Of a stretch of 64,000 nt of DNA, positions 1 to 9,161 are shown piece after piece. The notes beneath the pieces are model-generated. The model saw nothing but the letters and a program-made list of their open reading frames with translations. It ran no database searches and was not told the origin of the DNA. A program made the translations under genes and the position numbers. The stretch's first letter is position 1, and each line of letters opens with the position of its first letter. This DNA is from a virus (lineage: Duplodnaviria; Caudoviricetes), in the IMG/VR virus record IMGVR_UViG_2627854274_000001, positions 1,087-65,086 of that record; one strand, given 5' to 3'.

Positions 1-309
1 GTCGGCGTCCGCGTTTTCCTTGAGACGGCGTGCGAGTTCCTGAAGCAGCTCGTCATCCGAAGCGTCATGCAGTCTTGCGACGGTCTTTCCGTTAGCCATC
101 TCGTCGGCTCTTATATATCCGAACTCAACCAGAGCCTCTACGGGGGATTTGTGGTAGGCGCGTGCAATAAGAATGACGTTCTCGGCGCTGAACCCAAGGG
201 CATTGTTGTATTGCCTCCAAGCGGTTGTCTTGATGATTCCCGCTTTGAGGGCTACTTCGGCGATGGTGTCGCCTTGGACTGTTTCTTTGAACCATGTTTC
301 TTTGCTCAT
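1..309 (-). CDS. CI-like immunity repressor (3' end outside window)
   Basis: Manual translation MSKETWFKETVQGDTIAEVALKAGIIKTTAWRQYNN...SAENVILIARAYHKSPVEALVEFGYI; HTH-like; divergent from the cro-like gene. Confidence 0.75.
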   Translation of the reverse strand, partial: MSKETWFKETVQGDTIAEVALKAGIIKTTAWRQYNNALGFSAENVILIARAYHKSPVEALVEFGYIRADEMANGKTVARLHDASDDELLQELARRLKENADAD

Positions 310-310
310 G

Positions 311-431
311 GTTTCATTATGCAACCAAAGCGGTTGCAAGTCAACACGCCGAGCGAGTTGCGAAATGAAAAAACCTGTTGCATGATGTAACCACAAGTTG
401 CAAAAAGAAATTCGAGGTTGCGAAAGGAATC
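311..431. promoter_or_regulatory. Operator array, consensus about GTTGC-N5-GNAA(C)
   Basis: GTTGC at 357, 377, 397 and 417 (exact 20-bp period); inverted copy at 311-325; near-palindrome GTTGCATGATGTAAC at 377-391. Confidence 0.7.
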
Positions 432-435
432 ACTG

Positions 436-660
436 ATGGCTGAATACAAAATGCAGTTCCGAGACGGCTTCCTAGACCGAACAAAACTCATGAGCGGACT
501 CAAAACAGACGAAGCGTTCGCCGGAGCAATAGGAGTCAGCGAAAGCGTCCTAGCCAGAGCCAAAAAAACCAACGAATGCACACCACTCATGCTCATAGGA
601 CTCTACAAAGCATTCGGCTTCCAACCCGGCGAAGTCGCCCAAATCAAACAAACCGCCTAA
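436..660 (+). CDS. Cro-like HTH regulator
   Basis: 74 aa, [19 protein letters not shown] helix-turn-helix; first rightward gene. Confidence 0.75.
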   Translation: MAEYKMQFRDGFLDRTKLMSGLKTDEAFAGAIGVSESVLARAKKTNECTPLMLIGLYKAFGFQPGEVAQIKQTA

Positions 661-688
661 CCACACCACACACGTCAAGGAACCCACA

Positions 689-1321
689 ATGAAAATCGTC
701 ACGCCAAACGGCATCCTCGAAGGCAAAAACATTGAAACCATCCTCAAACAATACGGGCACGACTGCCTGCGCGGTGCAGACCTGTGGGGTGCAGACCTGC
801 GCGGTGCAGACCTGAGCGGTGCAGACCTGCGCGGTGCAGACCTGCGCGGTGCAGACCTGAGCGGTGCCAACCTGCGCGGTGCAGACCTGAGCGGTGCAGA
901 CCTGTGGGGTGCCAACCTGCGCGGTGCAGACCTGTGGGGTGCCAACCTGCCGGAACTTACCATCGCCAAAACCAGCATCCTCCCCGACGAAGGCGACATC
1001 ATCGGCTGGAAAAAAGCATACGTAGACGACATAATGCCACCGAGACCAGTCATCGTAAAGCTCCTCATTCCGGCCGACGCGCAACGCTCCAACGCCACCG
1101 GACGCAAATGCCGCGCCAGCAAAGCGCGAGTGCTCGACCTGCAAGACAAGCAAGGCAACGGCCTCCCACCGGATACCACGGCGTACAGCGGACACGACAC
1201 AGACTTCACGTACAAAAAAGGCGAAACCGTGCACGTCGAAGACTTCGACACCAACCGGTGGAACGAATGCGCCCCCGGCATCCACTTCTTCATCACCCGC
1301 ATCGAAGCCGTCGAATACTAA
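689..1321 (+). CDS. Pentapeptide-repeat protein with C-terminal DUF5758-like domain
   Basis: 12 x GA(D/N)LX, then GWKK...KCRASKA...ECAPGIHFF. Confidence 0.85.
   Translation: MKIVTPNGILEGKNIETILKQYGHDCLRGADLWGADLRGADLSGADLRGADLRGADLSGANLRGADLSGADLWGANLRGADLWGANLPELTIAKTSILPDEGDIIGWKKAYVDDIMPPRPVIVKLLIPADAQRSNATGRKCRASKARVLDLQDKQGNGLPPDTTAYSGHDTDFTYKKGETVHVEDFDTNRWNECAPGIHFFITRIEAVEY
773..952 (+). repeat. 12 tandem 15-bp repeats encoding GA(D/N)LX
   Basis: Units ggtgc(a/c)(g/a)acctgNNN read directly. Confidence 0.95.
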
Positions 1322-1332
1322 GGAGACCCCAA

Positions 1333-1620
1333 ATGAATGAAACCAGACAACAGAAGCTTGAATACCTCACCGACAACGGCTACCTGCATAATCTGCGAGG
1401 AGAGTTAGGCATGTCCACTAAAACGCTAAGCATCCTTACAAAACTGCCAGAGGACATGTTTACCGCCATCATCCCAAAGGATGCGAAGAACGGAGCTACT
1501 GGAAACGCGATTCTTTCAGAAGATTTGGTGAAAGCCATGCGCAGAGGCTCCAAAGAACTCCAAGCCAAATACAACACCACCGACATGATCGACATTCTCT
1601 ACGCTGAGGCAACCAAATGA
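1333..1620 (+). CDS. Hypothetical protein
   Basis: AAGGAG RBS, ATG at 1333, ATGA overlap with next gene. Confidence 0.7.
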   Translation: MNETRQQKLEYLTDNGYLHNLRGELGMSTKTLSILTKLPEDMFTAIIPKDAKNGATGNAILSEDLVKAMRRGSKELQAKYNTTDMIDILYAEATK

Positions 1621-2456
1621 GCAACGATATTGTCGAAATCCCGTTCAACGGGAGTGCGATGATCGCTCAAAGGTTCGATGACGGTGAAATCTACGCGGCA
1701 TTGAAACCCATCTGCGAGAACATCGGCATCGCGTTCAACGGACAGCGGGAACGGCTCAACAGAACGCCTTGGGCAGTTGTGCGTATGATACGCACAACTG
1801 GTGCGGACGGCAAACAGTACGACATGCTGGCTGTCAGCCGTAAGACGTTGACCATGTGGCTCGCCACCATCGACACGAACCGTCTCAGCGACGAGCGAGC
1901 ACGCCATAACGTGACCGTCTACCAGCAGGAAGCCGCAGAAGCCCTCGACAAGTACTTCAACGAGGGTGGAGCAATCCGCGTTTCCGATACTGATTCGGAC
2001 GAGGACATCATGGCTCGTGCCGTGCTTGTCGCGCAGAAGACCATCGAGCGCAAGAACCAGCAGATTCAGGCCAAGGACGCGCAGATCAGGGAGCTGGAGC
2101 CGAAGGCTCAAGCGCTTGATGATTTCACGAACGTGGAAGACAGGCTGCTTGTCCGCGACGCGGCAAAGGTCCTGTCGAACGCAGGAACACCCATCAAGGA
2201 AAAACAGTTGCGCGAGTGGATGGCCGACCATAACTGGATTTTCAAATCCGGTGGCTCTTGGCGTGCGACCGCGGAGCATTGCGCTGCGGGCCATCTCGTG
2301 ATGGTCATGTCCCAAAAGCATGGAGTCAAGGATGATGGCACGCAGTTCGCCTTCCCTCCCACCGTGCGCATAACCCGCAAGGGTTTGGCGCTCCTGCACA
2401 AGCGTCTTGGCGAAATCGCATTGGACAAGGCGCTTGACGCGGAGGCGGCGGCATGA
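1617..2456 (+). CDS. Phage antirepressor (P22_AR_N + KilAC/ANT domains)
   Basis: ALKPICENIGI N-terminus; IMARAVLVAQKTIE...LEPKA...VRDAAKVL...ITRKG C-terminus. Confidence 0.9.
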   Translation: MSNDIVEIPFNGSAMIAQRFDDGEIYAALKPICENIGIAFNGQRERLNRTPWAVVRMIRTTGADGKQYDMLAVSRKTLTMWLATIDTNRLSDERARHNVTVYQQEAAEALDKYFNEGGAIRVSDTDSDEDIMARAVLVAQKTIERKNQQIQAKDAQIRELEPKAQALDDFTNVEDRLLVRDAAKVLSNAGTPIKEKQLREWMADHNWIFKSGGSWRATAEHCAAGHLVMVMSQKHGVKDDGTQFAFPPTVRITRKGLALLHKRLGEIALDKALDAEAAA

Positions 2457-2656
2457 CGATGATGAATCCTCCGGCACCGCCGTTCGAGCAGTCGATTGAC
2501 GATGCCGGACGTTACAAGCTTCTCGTCAACGAGAACAACGGCGGTTCCATCGTTGAAATCGATGGGGGTAAACGATTCACGTTGGCATTAATCAGTGAAA
2601 GCAGGTTGGAAAGCTTCTCCCAATGGCTTTCCGACACGTTGGGCCAATCACGATAG
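2453..2656 (+). CDS. Hypothetical protein
   Basis: GGAGG RBS, ATGA coupling. Confidence 0.6.
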   Translation: MTMMNPPAPPFEQSIDDAGRYKLLVNENNGGSIVEIDGGKRFTLALISESRLESFSQWLSDTLGQSR

Positions 2657-2665
2657 GAGACAGTA

Positions 2666-3196
2666 ATGGAAGACGATTACAAGATCCGCATGGTCGAGGA
2701 GTTCCACGAACTCAAAGACAGAATCAACAAGATCAACGACATCATCGAAAAATACAATAACGGCGAACGGGAGCACATCTCCGTAAGGGAAGCCTCCATG
2801 ATGATGGCTCAATCCTACATCATGCAGGATTACGCGCTGGTCCTCTTCGACCGTCTCAAAGCAGCGGGCATCAACCCCGAATCCGACGACGTGGAACCGG
2901 AGGAGAAGCCACTGCCACCTGAACCGCAATCGCATGGATTCTTCATCCCGCGCGACGGCAAACCATACCTGATTCTCCACGACATGGACGGCACATGGTC
3001 ATACGTGACGAACACGCTTGGCGTCATGCGCAAAATCCACAGTTGGAGTGAATTGCCCTACGATATCAACAAGTTCAATGGATACTTTAACTGGGAGCAG
3101 CTGGTCGAAGACCTCCAAGATTCAGCCTTCCCGCTCATCCCACTGAATGGCTTAAGTATGTTGGCAATCGCCAAGGCGCTCGCCGACAACGACTGA
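2666..3196 (+). CDS. Hypothetical protein (coiled-coil N-terminus, Trp-containing C-terminal module)
   Basis: AGGAG RBS; 176 aa. Confidence 0.7.
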   Translation: MEDDYKIRMVEEFHELKDRINKINDIIEKYNNGEREHISVREASMMMAQSYIMQDYALVLFDRLKAAGINPESDDVEPEEKPLPPEPQSHGFFIPRDGKPYLILHDMDGTWSYVTNTLGVMRKIHSWSELPYDINKFNGYFNWEQLVEDLQDSAFPLIPLNGLSMLAIAKALADND

Positions 3197-3199
3197 TTC

Positions 3200-3705
3200 T
3201 TCCCCATCCGCCTGCAACCCGGATGGGGACCCATAAGCTTCGCCAGCCACTCCGATAAACAATCAAACAATGGAAAATTGGACGTTTATCGAATATCCAC
3301 GTTCACCGGCTGGCAAAGATGGAACATCCAATGATGCTCCATGCCGTGGCGAAACATATCCAAACGAACCGTCACAAGCGTTTGCATACACGCGCCGCCA
3401 CGGCAATCGTCCAAGCCCACGCAGTGGGAACAGGAACCGTACCACAAGACCATCGCCAATCGAACCAGACACCATATCTTCTCCTGTTACTCAAAGGTAT
3501 ACGACGATGATCTCGAACGGCTCGCGGTCCGAATCCGCGCTTGGACGCCAGCGGCATGACGTCAACGCCACCCATCGGGACGAAGTCTTTCACCTGGTTT
3601 TCTCCGCCCCGCATCGGGAACGATGGTCGGCCAGACTGGTTTCCCTTATTTTCCCAGTCGCCCCGCACACCCTTTTGCGAGCCAACCGTCCAGCGTCATG
3701 CCGCA
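3200..3705 (+). ncRNA. Structured non-coding RNA cluster
   Basis: No convincing ORF; successive stems CCCCATCCG/CGGATGGGG, GCCAGCC/GGCTGGC, TGCCGTGGCG/CGCCACGGCA, GCGGCATGACG/CGTCATGCCGC. Confidence 0.55.
3409..3550 (+). ncRNA. tRNA-like RNA with extended anticodon arm and encoded CCA
   Basis: Acceptor GTCCAAG/CTTGGAC, G discriminator, CCA; T-arm CGCGG-TCCGAAT-CCGCG; D-like hairpin CCCAC-GCA-GTGGG. Confidence 0.6.
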
Positions 3706-3750
3706 ACCCGCTTACCCCAACCACCAATCCAAGGAAGGAGCACACACAAA

Positions 3751-3951
3751 TTGACGGCACCCATCATCTTCGAAGACGGCATCCTCACCAAAGACGAGGC
3801 AATCGCCTTCACAAAAGTAGGAAAGAAAACATTCGAAGACCTGTACGGGTCCCTCGGATACCAATCCGGCCAAAACAAACTCTTCACAAAAAAGGAACTC
3901 CTACTCCGATTCTACGAAATCAAGGACCAAGCAAAGGAGATCAAACAATGA
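3751..3951 (+). CDS. Small excisionase-like HTH protein
   Basis: AAGGAG RBS, TTG start; LTKDEAIAFTKVGKKTF...LFTKKELL resembles Xis/MerR-type HTH. Confidence 0.55.
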   Translation: MTAPIIFEDGILTKDEAIAFTKVGKKTFEDLYGSLGYQSGQNKLFTKKELLLRFYEIKDQAKEIKQ

Positions 3952-4214
3952 CCACCAGACGACTAGTCACCCCGAAAGACATACGAGACAGACAATTCCG
4001 ACTCTCATTCCCATTCATGGGATACGACGCCAACCAAGTCGATGACTTCCTGGACGACTGCGCGCTCACCATCCACGCCCTCTGGAACGAAAACCGGAAA
4101 CTCGCCACGGAAAACAGACGACTCCAACACGAGAACCAAACCCTCAAAACCGACGTGAGCTTCTACAGGCTCGCAGTAGACACCATCGAACACCAAACCA
4201 AGGAACAACAATGA
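3948..4214 (+). CDS. DivIVA-domain protein (N-terminal domain plus short coiled coil)
   Basis: VTPKDIRDRQF...GYDANQVDDFLD is the DivIVA/GpsB N-terminal signature. Confidence 0.85.
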   Translation: MTTRRLVTPKDIRDRQFRLSFPFMGYDANQVDDFLDDCALTIHALWNENRKLATENRRLQHENQTLKTDVSFYRLAVDTIEHQTKEQQ

Positions 4215-4729
4215 CCAACACCCCCGAATACGACTTCAGCAGCCTCCGCCCCGACGAACTCAACTCCACCATCGCCGGACTCGCCGCACTGAACAAACGA
4301 AGCGCCGAAGCCCTCAAAGCCGCAAAGGAAGAATGGCGGCGCTCGCATGACGGCGGCGATAAGGAGCACGCCGTGTTCGCCGGACTGGATGCGGGTGAAA
4401 TCAGTCTCAGCAAAGGCACCGAAGGCCATTACGAGGTCGTTGACGAGCGTGCGTATGGTGCCATGCTGCATGACAGCAAGTTCCTCATCCCCGGTGGCAA
4501 CGATGCGGCGGAGGCCGTATGGATGCCACGACCCGAAGCGAAGTCGGAAGCCTATCTGAAGGCCATGATCGCGGACCATGGTGGCGAACTCCCGCCCGGC
4601 GTCGAGTTCAAGCCGGGACGCGCCCAGACCGTCACGCTTCACACCACGAAAGGATTCGTGGACAAGGTTTTCACCAGCGAGATAGCCCCGAAGATGTTCC
4701 AGATGCTCACTTCGACCAAGGAAGAGTAG
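4211..4729 (+). CDS. Hypothetical protein, recombination module
   Basis: 172 aa upstream of bet; GELPPGVEF motif. Confidence 0.75.
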   Translation: MTNTPEYDFSSLRPDELNSTIAGLAALNKRSAEALKAAKEEWRRSHDGGDKEHAVFAGLDAGEISLSKGTEGHYEVVDERAYGAMLHDSKFLIPGGNDAAEAVWMPRPEAKSEAYLKAMIADHGGELPPGVEFKPGRAQTVTLHTTKGFVDKVFTSEIAPKMFQMLTSTKEE

Positions 4730-4731
4730 CC

Positions 4732-5655
4732 ATGTGCAAAAGCCTTACCATCACCAACGAGCAGGACACTTGGAGCCGCGCCCAGCTCGCGGCACTGTCC
4801 CAGCTTGGAGTGCAGAACGCGCAGCCAGCCGACTTGGCGGTGTTCCTGCACCAATGCCAGCGTACCGGACTTGACCCTTTCAGCCGTCAAATCTACCTGA
4901 TCGAACGCCGTCAGAAGCAAGGCAACGAATATGTTTCCAAGCAGACAATCCAAGTCGGCATTGACGGTTTCCGTCTCATCGCCCGTCGTGCGGCGGACAG
5001 GAACCATGAACTGTTCAGCGAACCGGAAACCCTCTGGTGCGGAGAGGATGGCGTCTGGCATGACGTGTGGATCGCCCAGACCCCTCCGGTCGCGGCGAAG
5101 GTCACCGTCCGTCGAGGAGAAGGCGAGTTCACCGGCGTGGCCCTCTACAGGGAATATGTCGGAACCCGTTACGACAAGAATCTCCGCAGGCAGGTCCCCA
5201 CCAGCATGTGGACTTCGAAACCGGTGACCATGATCGCGAAATGCGCCGAAGCCCTCGCACTACGCAAGGCGTTCCCACAGGATTTGAGCGGCCTGTACAC
5301 GACCGACGAGATGCAGCAGACCAACAACGAGACCGAAGAGGAAATGGTCGAAGCCGAAGTGGTTGACGAGCAGCCACGTCAGAAGCCACGACAATACGCT
5401 CCGCAGGTCCGTCAAGGCCAGCCGGAGCAGACCGCTGCCCAGGCCCCATCCAACGGTCCGGCCAGTCCCGACCAGTTGAAGGAAGTCACCGGCATCCTCC
5501 GCGCCTGCCAGATCAAACCGGAGGAAGCTGACGCGTTCATCCAGAAAATCCTCCACGACCAGACGGTCACGGGCGCAAGCCTCACGGCAGTGCAGGCACA
5601 AACATTCATCAACGAATACCACAAGCACATGCAGCAGCAAGGAGCGGCACAATGA
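4732..5655 (+). CDS. bet: Single-strand annealing recombinase, Bet/RecT family
   Basis: CQRTGLDPFSRQIY...GIDGFRLIARR...MIAKCAEALALRKAFP. Confidence 0.92.
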   Translation: MCKSLTITNEQDTWSRAQLAALSQLGVQNAQPADLAVFLHQCQRTGLDPFSRQIYLIERRQKQGNEYVSKQTIQVGIDGFRLIARRAADRNHELFSEPETLWCGEDGVWHDVWIAQTPPVAAKVTVRRGEGEFTGVALYREYVGTRYDKNLRRQVPTSMWTSKPVTMIAKCAEALALRKAFPQDLSGLYTTDEMQQTNNETEEEMVEAEVVDEQPRQKPRQYAPQVRQGQPEQTAAQAPSNGPASPDQLKEVTGILRACQIKPEEADAFIQKILHDQTVTGASLTAVQAQTFINEYHKHMQQQGAAQ

Positions 5656-6536
5656 AATACGATCCGAAGAAACTCACATACGGCGACGCGCTCAGCATCT
5701 CGACCGCCAACATGACCGTCACCGTCGAAGACGGAGGCGTACAGCATGTCACCGGCAAGCTGAAGCACCTCGACATGGACGACGCGCTCGCCTGCGACAA
5801 TCCTGCGCTCCGTGATCTCATGGCATTGTCGCTCATCATCTCGGACAACGAGTATTTCGTCGTCCGTGACGACGATAAGGGAATCCTATGCCCGGCCATC
5901 AGATTCGACCATGACCTGAACGTCACCTGGAACACGATCATCTCCATCGAAGAGAATCCCGACGACGGCGTGGAGTTGGACTTCACGGACTGGAAGGCGA
6001 CGCTCGTCAAGGTCGAGACCCCCACCGCCGACGTGGACAAGCCAACCACCGACACCCAAGCCGAGGAGTGGGAGAAGCAGCTTCCCAAGGCCAACGGATT
6101 CTACAAGGCCGCGACCGGCAGCGTATGGCTGCATTCCGGTGATACTTGGACCCCTATCCTGAACCGTCACGGCAACGTTCCGCCGCAAGCCTTGCAGCAG
6201 ACCACCGAGGCATTCGCCGTCAGCAGCGGCCATTCGAAACGATTCCCGTTCGAACGCCTCTGCGAGAAGAGACTGCCGACCCGTCCGGGCTTCTACCGCA
6301 ACAAGGACAAGACGAACCTATACCACCTCAACAGTTGCGGCGTGTGGAAGCTCATCGCCTACATGGGACCGGGCTTCGACTCGCATTCGTTGAAGGACCC
6401 ATGGAAGTCGCAGTTCATTCCAGCGTTGAGCGGCGAGGTCATGTCCGAGAGAGACGTCCGAAACGACATGCCCCTCCACTACTGCACCCTCGGCCTCAAA
6501 CAACCGAAGGAAGCGGACTGCGGGGCGAACTTTTGA
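5652..6536 (+). CDS. Hypothetical protein with two LPxxxGFY...W modules
   Basis: 294-aa coupled ORF. Confidence 0.7.
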   Translation: MKYDPKKLTYGDALSISTANMTVTVEDGGVQHVTGKLKHLDMDDALACDNPALRDLMALSLIISDNEYFVVRDDDKGILCPAIRFDHDLNVTWNTIISIEENPDDGVELDFTDWKATLVKVETPTADVDKPTTDTQAEEWEKQLPKANGFYKAATGSVWLHSGDTWTPILNRHGNVPPQALQQTTEAFAVSSGHSKRFPFERLCEKRLPTRPGFYRNKDKTNLYHLNSCGVWKLIAYMGPGFDSHSLKDPWKSQFIPALSGEVMSERDVRNDMPLHYCTLGLKQPKEADCGANF

Positions 6537-6793
6537 ACATCACCAGACGAGCCGGATGCACGTGCGCATACTGCGTGCGTCACGATCCAGTCAAGACCGG
6601 ACTCATCCCATACTGCCGTAAATGCGGCAAAAGCGCTTGCGCCGCAGCACGAAGCCACATGATCATGTGCAACGTCGAAGCGTCCAACAGCCACAAGACG
6701 GCCGACCGTCTCAAAAACATGAAAGCCAAAGACCAGCAGGGATGGGTCGGACTCAAACCCCATCCACGACACGACAAGGAGAACAAGCAATGA
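6533..6793 (+). CDS. Cys-rich (zinc-finger-like) hypothetical protein
   Basis: TTG start overlapping the upstream stop; CTCAYC and CRKC motifs. Confidence 0.55.
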   Translation: MNITRRAGCTCAYCVRHDPVKTGLIPYCRKCGKSACAAARSHMIMCNVEASNSHKTADRLKNMKAKDQQGWVGLKPHPRHDKENKQ

Positions 6794-7287
6794 GCACTCC
6801 GACCATCACCCTCGTGGGGCGAATCGTCAAAATCAAAAAGGACGGCAACCTGTTCAACGCCGGAACCACGAAGAACGGCAAGAACTACATCCAGTTCCGC
6901 ATCCTCTGCTCCAACAGGGTCAAGAACCAGGACGGCTCATGGGGTTACGGCGCATCCTGCTCACGCACCTGCGAAGCATGGAACGATCTCGCCACGCACA
7001 TCCAGAACAGCATCAAGGAAGGCGACGAGTATATCGTCATCGGCAACGAGTCCGATGATCGTTTCGATGATTCGTCCGGCGTCACCCACTACACGCAGAA
7101 GGTCAACGTCCGCGAGATCGGTCCGAGTCTCCGATGGGGCACCGCCCAACTGGTGAACGCAAGCCAGCAGTACGGCCAACGCCAGACCGCATCCGCTCCC
7201 GCCATGCCGCAGCAGGCAGGCCCCGACCCGTGGAGTGGCGGCGGATTCGACGGGTTCGGACAGCCAGCAGGAGAACCGGCGTTCTGA
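6790..7287 (+). CDS. ssb: Single-stranded DNA-binding protein
   Basis: ITLVGR...CEAWNDLA...EIGPSLRW; C-terminal tail DPW...EPAF. Confidence 0.92.
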   Translation: MSTPTITLVGRIVKIKKDGNLFNAGTTKNGKNYIQFRILCSNRVKNQDGSWGYGASCSRTCEAWNDLATHIQNSIKEGDEYIVIGNESDDRFDDSSGVTHYTQKVNVREIGPSLRWGTAQLVNASQQYGQRQTASAPAMPQQAGPDPWSGGGFDGFGQPAGEPAF

Positions 7288-7784
7288 TGCCACGCAACCG
7301 ACAGTCGGCCAAAAAAGCCGGAACGGCAATGGAAACGGCGGTGGAACACTACCTGCAATGGGCGTTGGACGACCAACGCATCATCCGCCGCCGTCTCCAC
7401 GGCAGCAACGACCTAGGCGACATCGCGAACATCTTCTTCCACGGCCAGCCGGTATGCGTGGAAGTCAAGAACACCAAACTCCTCAACGCCACGAAACACT
7501 ACAACGAGGCGGCCGAGGAGGCCGGAAACCTTGACAGCCCATACCCGTGGGTCGTGCAGAAGAAGCCACATGTCGGCCTGTCCACGCTCGAACGAATCGG
7601 CCAACAGCTCGCATACACGGATCTGGAAACCTACCACACCATGTGCGCGCTGTCCGGACGGTTCACTGAAAAATTCGACATCGACCTCATCGGACGAAGC
7701 AGACAATACGTCTGCATCACCTTGGAGAACCTAGCCCTCATCCTCAACGCCGGACTGCCACTCGGACCGGAAGGACAATCATGA
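7287..7784 (+). CDS. PD-(D/E)XK nuclease, Holliday junction resolvase-like
   Basis: AKKAGTAMETAV...DLGDI...VEVKN. Confidence 0.8.
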   Translation: MPRNRQSAKKAGTAMETAVEHYLQWALDDQRIIRRRLHGSNDLGDIANIFFHGQPVCVEVKNTKLLNATKHYNEAAEEAGNLDSPYPWVVQKKPHVGLSTLERIGQQLAYTDLETYHTMCALSGRFTEKFDIDLIGRSRQYVCITLENLALILNAGLPLGPEGQS

Positions 7785-7969
7785 TCGCGACAGTCGCCAC
7801 ATGCGCCCTCATCGTCAGTGCCATCGGATTCGTCATCATGCTCTGCTCGCTAAACCTCATCGACCGTAACAGGCCGTCAGGCGACTGGCTGTGGATATTG
7901 GGCATGACCCTAGTGGAAGGCGGTTCGATAACCATCATCACCGACATCGGAATAGGACTCATGACATGA
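7781..7969 (+). CDS. Small two-TM membrane protein
   Basis: Two hydrophobic stretches; coupled. Confidence 0.6.
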   Translation: MIATVATCALIVSAIGFVIMLCSLNLIDRNRPSGDWLWILGMTLVEGGSITIITDIGIGLMT

Positions 7970-8703
7970 CAGGAGAATCTGAAGTGAGGGACGGCCACAC
8001 CCGACTCGACAACGGATTCTGGGCCGACGCGAGGATATGCAGACTCCGCGACGAAATGCCAAGAGCGGCGCTCATCTACGTCATGGCATTGAGCTGGTGC
8101 AGCTGCAACCTCACCGATGGAGACATCGACACCGACCAGCTGACGTACACGCTTGGCGCATCCGAACAGGAGATCGAAACCCTCATCGACATCGGCCTGT
8201 TCCAACAGACCATCACCGGCGTGCGCATCAACGAATACCAGTCGAACGGGAACCACACCAGAAAAGAACTGGCCGACCGGACGGCCCGCAACACGGCAAG
8301 CAAACGCCGAAGCCGCGCACGACAGGAATCCGACGACAAGTATTCCGCCGATTTCGAAACCTTCTGGAAAGCGTATCCACGACACGTTGACAAGCGTCCC
8401 GCCTGGAAAGCATGGAAGAACGCCATCCAAGACACGAGCACGGACACCATCATCAACAGCGCCCGAGCCTACGCCAGACAGGTTGAGATCGAAGGAACCG
8501 AACCCAAATACGTCAAATACGCGGCCACATGGCTCAACGCGGCGGGGTGGGAAAACGAATACGACATCCGACCAACCCTCACCCTTCGCACCAATCCGAC
8601 CATGACGAGCCGCAACGAATCGAACCGCATGGCGAACCTCAACAGGGCATGGCAGTACATGAGCGACGAGGAACGCCAACGTGCGATGGGAGGAACAGGA
8701 TGA
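7966..8703 (+). CDS. Replication initiator / replisome organiser (start may be GTG 7984)
   Basis: N-terminal wHTH-like region (ALIYVMALSWC); C-terminal FETFWKAYPR...YAATWLN. Confidence 0.75.
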   Translation: MTGESEVRDGHTRLDNGFWADARICRLRDEMPRAALIYVMALSWCSCNLTDGDIDTDQLTYTLGASEQEIETLIDIGLFQQTITGVRINEYQSNGNHTRKELADRTARNTASKRRSRARQESDDKYSADFETFWKAYPRHVDKRPAWKAWKNAIQDTSTDTIINSARAYARQVEIEGTEPKYVKYAATWLNAAGWENEYDIRPTLTLRTNPTMTSRNESNRMANLNRAWQYMSDEERQRAMGGTG

Positions 8704-9161
8704 TAACCAAAGGAGAGGCCGCGATGCTGCTGACCACGATCAACGCGCATCACGGCAACGCCCAATGGGACGACCTGCAATTGGACGAGTTCTACCGCGA
8801 ACTCGACAAGCGCAGCAACATCCAAGACATGCGGACAGCGGTCGTGAGATTCTATGCGACCCAATCTGACAAGTGGATGCGTGCCGCCGACATCAACATC
8901 CTCTGCAAGAAAATCCGCGCAAGCCGGATTCCCGACGAGAACACCATCCAACAGCTCGCCGCCAAGCATCACGTCACGGCGGACGACTATTGGGAGTTCA
9001 AACGTCGCGTCATCTTCGGCACCGCGCGGGAAGCCCAAGAGTTGGGTGAAGCCGTCAGCAAGGCCCTCGAACGGGCCGACCGTCCGCAAATCGCATCCAA
9101 GCCCATCGCACGCCAGCCAACCGTGGCCGACGATCTGGCAGACCTGTTCAAAACACCATGA
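8700..9161 (+). CDS. Helicase loader/inhibitor-like (G39P-like) protein
   Basis: Follows the initiator; MITKGEAAMLLTTI...AVVRFY...WMRAADI. Confidence 0.55.
   Translation: MITKGEAAMLLTTINAHHGNAQWDDLQLDEFYRELDKRSNIQDMRTAVVRFYATQSDKWMRAADINILCKKIRASRIPDENTIQQLAAKHHVTADDYWEFKRRVIFGTAREAQELGEAVSKALERADRPQIASKPIARQPTVADDLADLFKTP

Noticed and set aside
773-952. Regular repeats as a CRISPR array
   Set aside because: 15-bp coding tandem repeats without spacers; no cas genes in the window
3409-3550. tmRNA or intron-containing tRNA
   Set aside because: No G3-U70 alanine identity or tag ORF, too short for tmRNA, and no group I intron core seen
3270-3947. Long N-terminal extension of the DivIVA ORF and other ORFs in 3.2-3.7 kb
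   Set aside because: Low-complexity Arg/Pro-rich translation, no RBS, overlaps a better gene; RBS and ATG at 3948 fit better
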